This document shows, piece after piece, positions 18,887 through 20,726 of a DNA stretch of 20,726 bases. The notes under the pieces were generated by a model, which was not told where the DNA came from, did no database searches, and worked only from the letters and a program-made list of their open reading frames with translations. The DNA is from an uncultured virus (IMG/VR IMGVR_UViG_2049941000_000426) (Duplodnaviria > Heunggongvirae > Uroviricota > Caudoviricetes). The stretch's first letter is position 1. Each line of letters starts with the position of its first letter. The position numbers and the translations under genes are program-made. The stretch lies in IMG/VR virus record IMGVR_UViG_2049941000_000426. One strand, written 5' to 3'.

Positions 18887-19162
18887 TGATTTTCCCTTGA
18901 CTCTGGNNNNNNNNNNNNNNNNNNNNNNNNNNNNNNNNNNNNNNNNNNNNNNNNNNNNNNNNNNNNNNNNNNNNNNNNNNNNNNNNNNNNNNNNNNNNNN
19001 NNNNNNNNNNNNNNNNNNNNNNNNNNNNNNNNNNNNNNNNNNNNNNNNNNNNNNNNNNNNNNNNNNNNNNNNNNNNNNNNNNNNNNNNNNNNNNNNNNNN
19101 NNNNNNNNNNNNNNNNNNNNNNNNNNNNNNNNNNNNNNNNNNNNNNNNNNNNNNNNNNNNNC

Positions 19163-19481
19163 TTCATAAAGCTGTCGGAGCTGATATCTCCCTATACACC
19201 AGCATCGATGATGTACAAGGTCAATCTATTTATGCAGAAATGTCGGCAATGCGAGAAGGACATGCCTTTAAGCAAAGCAGATTTCTGCTCGGAAGAGTGT
19301 CGGAAGAAGTATTACGAACTTCACAAAACAGAAATGTGGCTGAAGCAAAAAGAGAAGGAAGCAAACTACAGCGAAGAACGGAAAGCGGAGATACGCAAAC
19401 GCAGGCGAGATCAGAAACGAGAGAAGTTTGCGAACATGACGGAAGAGGAGAAAGAAGTAGTAAGAGACTACAAGAGGAAGC
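19163..19481 (+). CDS. C-terminal end of LAGLIDADG_2 endonuclease domain followed by Zn finger and charged helix (fragment)
   Basis: The frame is open from the gap. FIKLSELISPYTPASMMYKV matches the I-SceI/LAGLIDADG_2-type terminal motif (LI-x-PY-x-x-x-SM-x-YK). It is followed by CRQC...FCSEEC and a K/R/E-rich helix. Confidence 0.7.
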
Positions 19482-19493
19482 NNNNNNNNNNGG

Positions 19494-19645
19494 TCTCCGG
19501 ACGGAAACAGTGGAAGTCTAGCCCTTTGCTCATATCCATTAGAGGATGTAACACTGTTTCAGAAATGGCTGATAGACAAATGGGGAATGGAGACAGTGCT
19601 TCAAGAAGCAACCCACTCAGTTTCGAAACACAAATTCTACCTGTT
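19494..19645 (+). CDS. LAGLIDADG_2 endonuclease, second-domain fragment
   Basis: Frame from 19494 reads SPDGNSGSLALCSYPLEDVTLFQKWLIDKWGMETVLQEATHSVSKHKFYL. Not the frame shown in the ORF track. Confidence 0.7.
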
Positions 19646-19702
19646 NNNNNNNNNNGCTATTCGTTTTCCCAAGTCATTATTACGCAATAAAACCACATTT
19701 TT

Positions 19703-19806
19703 ATGCCCCTCGAGATAGCCTCCAACATCCCCGACATCATCAAGTCGCTGGTGAAAGTCTGCAACGCTTCGCCGGAGCCTTCGCTCGCCACGTTTCTTCC
19801 ATTACT
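19703..19806 (+). CDS. terL: Terminase large subunit N-terminus, second allelic copy
   Basis: Same protein as from 12008, with a few synonymous SNPs and a near-identical upstream region. Confidence 0.85.
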
Positions 19807-19925
19807 NNNNNNNNNNNNNNNNNNNNNNNNNNNNNNNNNNNNNNNNNNNNNNNNNNNNNNNNNNNNNNNNNNNNNNNNNNNNNNNNNNNNNNNNNNNNNN
19901 NNNNNNNNNNNNNNNNNNNNNNNNG

Positions 19926-20252
19926 GGAAGATGCGTCTATCAGAGGTTATCGAACATGAGTTTACTCGAAGAAGCAAAGAAGGAAGGATTATCGGAGTTA
20001 CAGCTAAATGCGCTGATGGGGACAATCCTCGGGGATGGCTGTATCAGATCCCAGAGCCAGAACACGGCGTTTGTCCTGTGGGACCACTCTGCGAAACAGA
20101 AAGACTACGTGAATGCCAAGTACCAACTATTGTCCGGGTTCGTGACGAGGCCTCCATACGAGAAGCCGAATCCCGGTTACGGGGACTTCTTGTGCATATT
20201 GCGAACGACAAGTCTTACGACACTTCGCTCGTTGTATCAGATGGTGTATCCG
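19926..20252 (+). CDS. LAGLIDADG_2 endonuclease, first-domain fragment
   Basis: LSELQLNALMGTILGDG...HSAKQKDYVNAKYQLL...LRSLYQMVYP. The frame is open upstream of the ATG at 19956 (GRCVYQRLSN), so this is probably an internal domain. Confidence 0.85.
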
Positions 20253-20624
20253 NNNNNNNNNNGCCTAATGCCAGAGTTGGTGCTGCCGACAACCTTATTG
20301 ACAAGAATGCCGAAGGTACACCTGCTGAGTTCACCTANNNNNNNNNNGCCGAAGGACAGCAAGCAGAAGGGCAAGCTCGTCAAGCGGGAGGACAAGGANN
20401 NNNNNNNNTTTCCCGAAAACATTCTCCATTGTCAGACAATCATCGTTCGGCATTTTTCCNNNNNNNNNNACCCGAGATATGCCCGCTTGTCGTGGGGCTC
20501 ATGGAGTAGTGGGAGAGAAGNNNNNNNNNNCGCCGTGCGAATGACCATCACCCTGTTCAGAAGTTCTACCGAGATATGCTCCAGATGATGCTCCGCGTTT
20601 GTCAGTTCGCCCAGNNNNNNNNNN

Positions 20625-20726
20625 GGGCTCGCATATCATGACATGGTAGTTCGGAATAAGACCACACCTTAGAATAAGACTGCTAACCAGCCCCTGTGAT
20701 TTCCCGACCTGTCGACCTGTCATGAA
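20625..20726 (-). CDS. terL: Terminase Walker A fragment, divergent second allele
   Basis: FMTGRQVGKSQGLVSSLILRCGLIPNYHVMICEP. DNA is identical to allele A through VSS, then heavily recoded. Confidence 0.85.

Noticed and set aside
18887..18889. Genome-wide TGA reassignment
   Set aside because: Many genes here end in TGA with ATGA/TGATG coupling, so TGA is a normal stop.
15570..20726. True terminase duplication, inversion or invertible shufflon
   Set aside because: Every orientation change coincides with an N gap. No recombinase or inverted crossover sites are seen. Allelic bubbles explain it.

Overview
Heavily gapped, multi-haplotype scaffold from a large contractile-tailed (myovirus-like) bacteriophage. 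Many 10-N joins and near-identical duplicated segments show that contigs and alleles are out of order. 1-9398 (+) is a baseplate/tail module: wedge-like protein, hub-like fragment, an embedded sigma-70-family factor, a gp25-like gene, a baseplate J-like gene and several tail-associated hypotheticals. 9385-10987 (-) holds small genes, including a Zn-ribbon protein. 11006-14979 (+) holds likely head-associated hypotheticals. These converge at a bidirectional terminator with a GpA-like terminase large subunit (-). The terminase is present as two alleles. One is intein-free (Walker B DE-V-DD). The other is divergent, carries an intein at Walker B (..SGN|CDDM), and has a second interruption (TGA-FSLDS) just before the first Zn-finger Cys. 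A LAGLIDADG_2 homing endonuclease is scattered over three fragments. The most unexplained feature is 17956-18554, an apparently non-coding array of about 137-nt units with conserved hairpin architecture but divergent sequence. All family calls are from motif recognition only; no searches were run.
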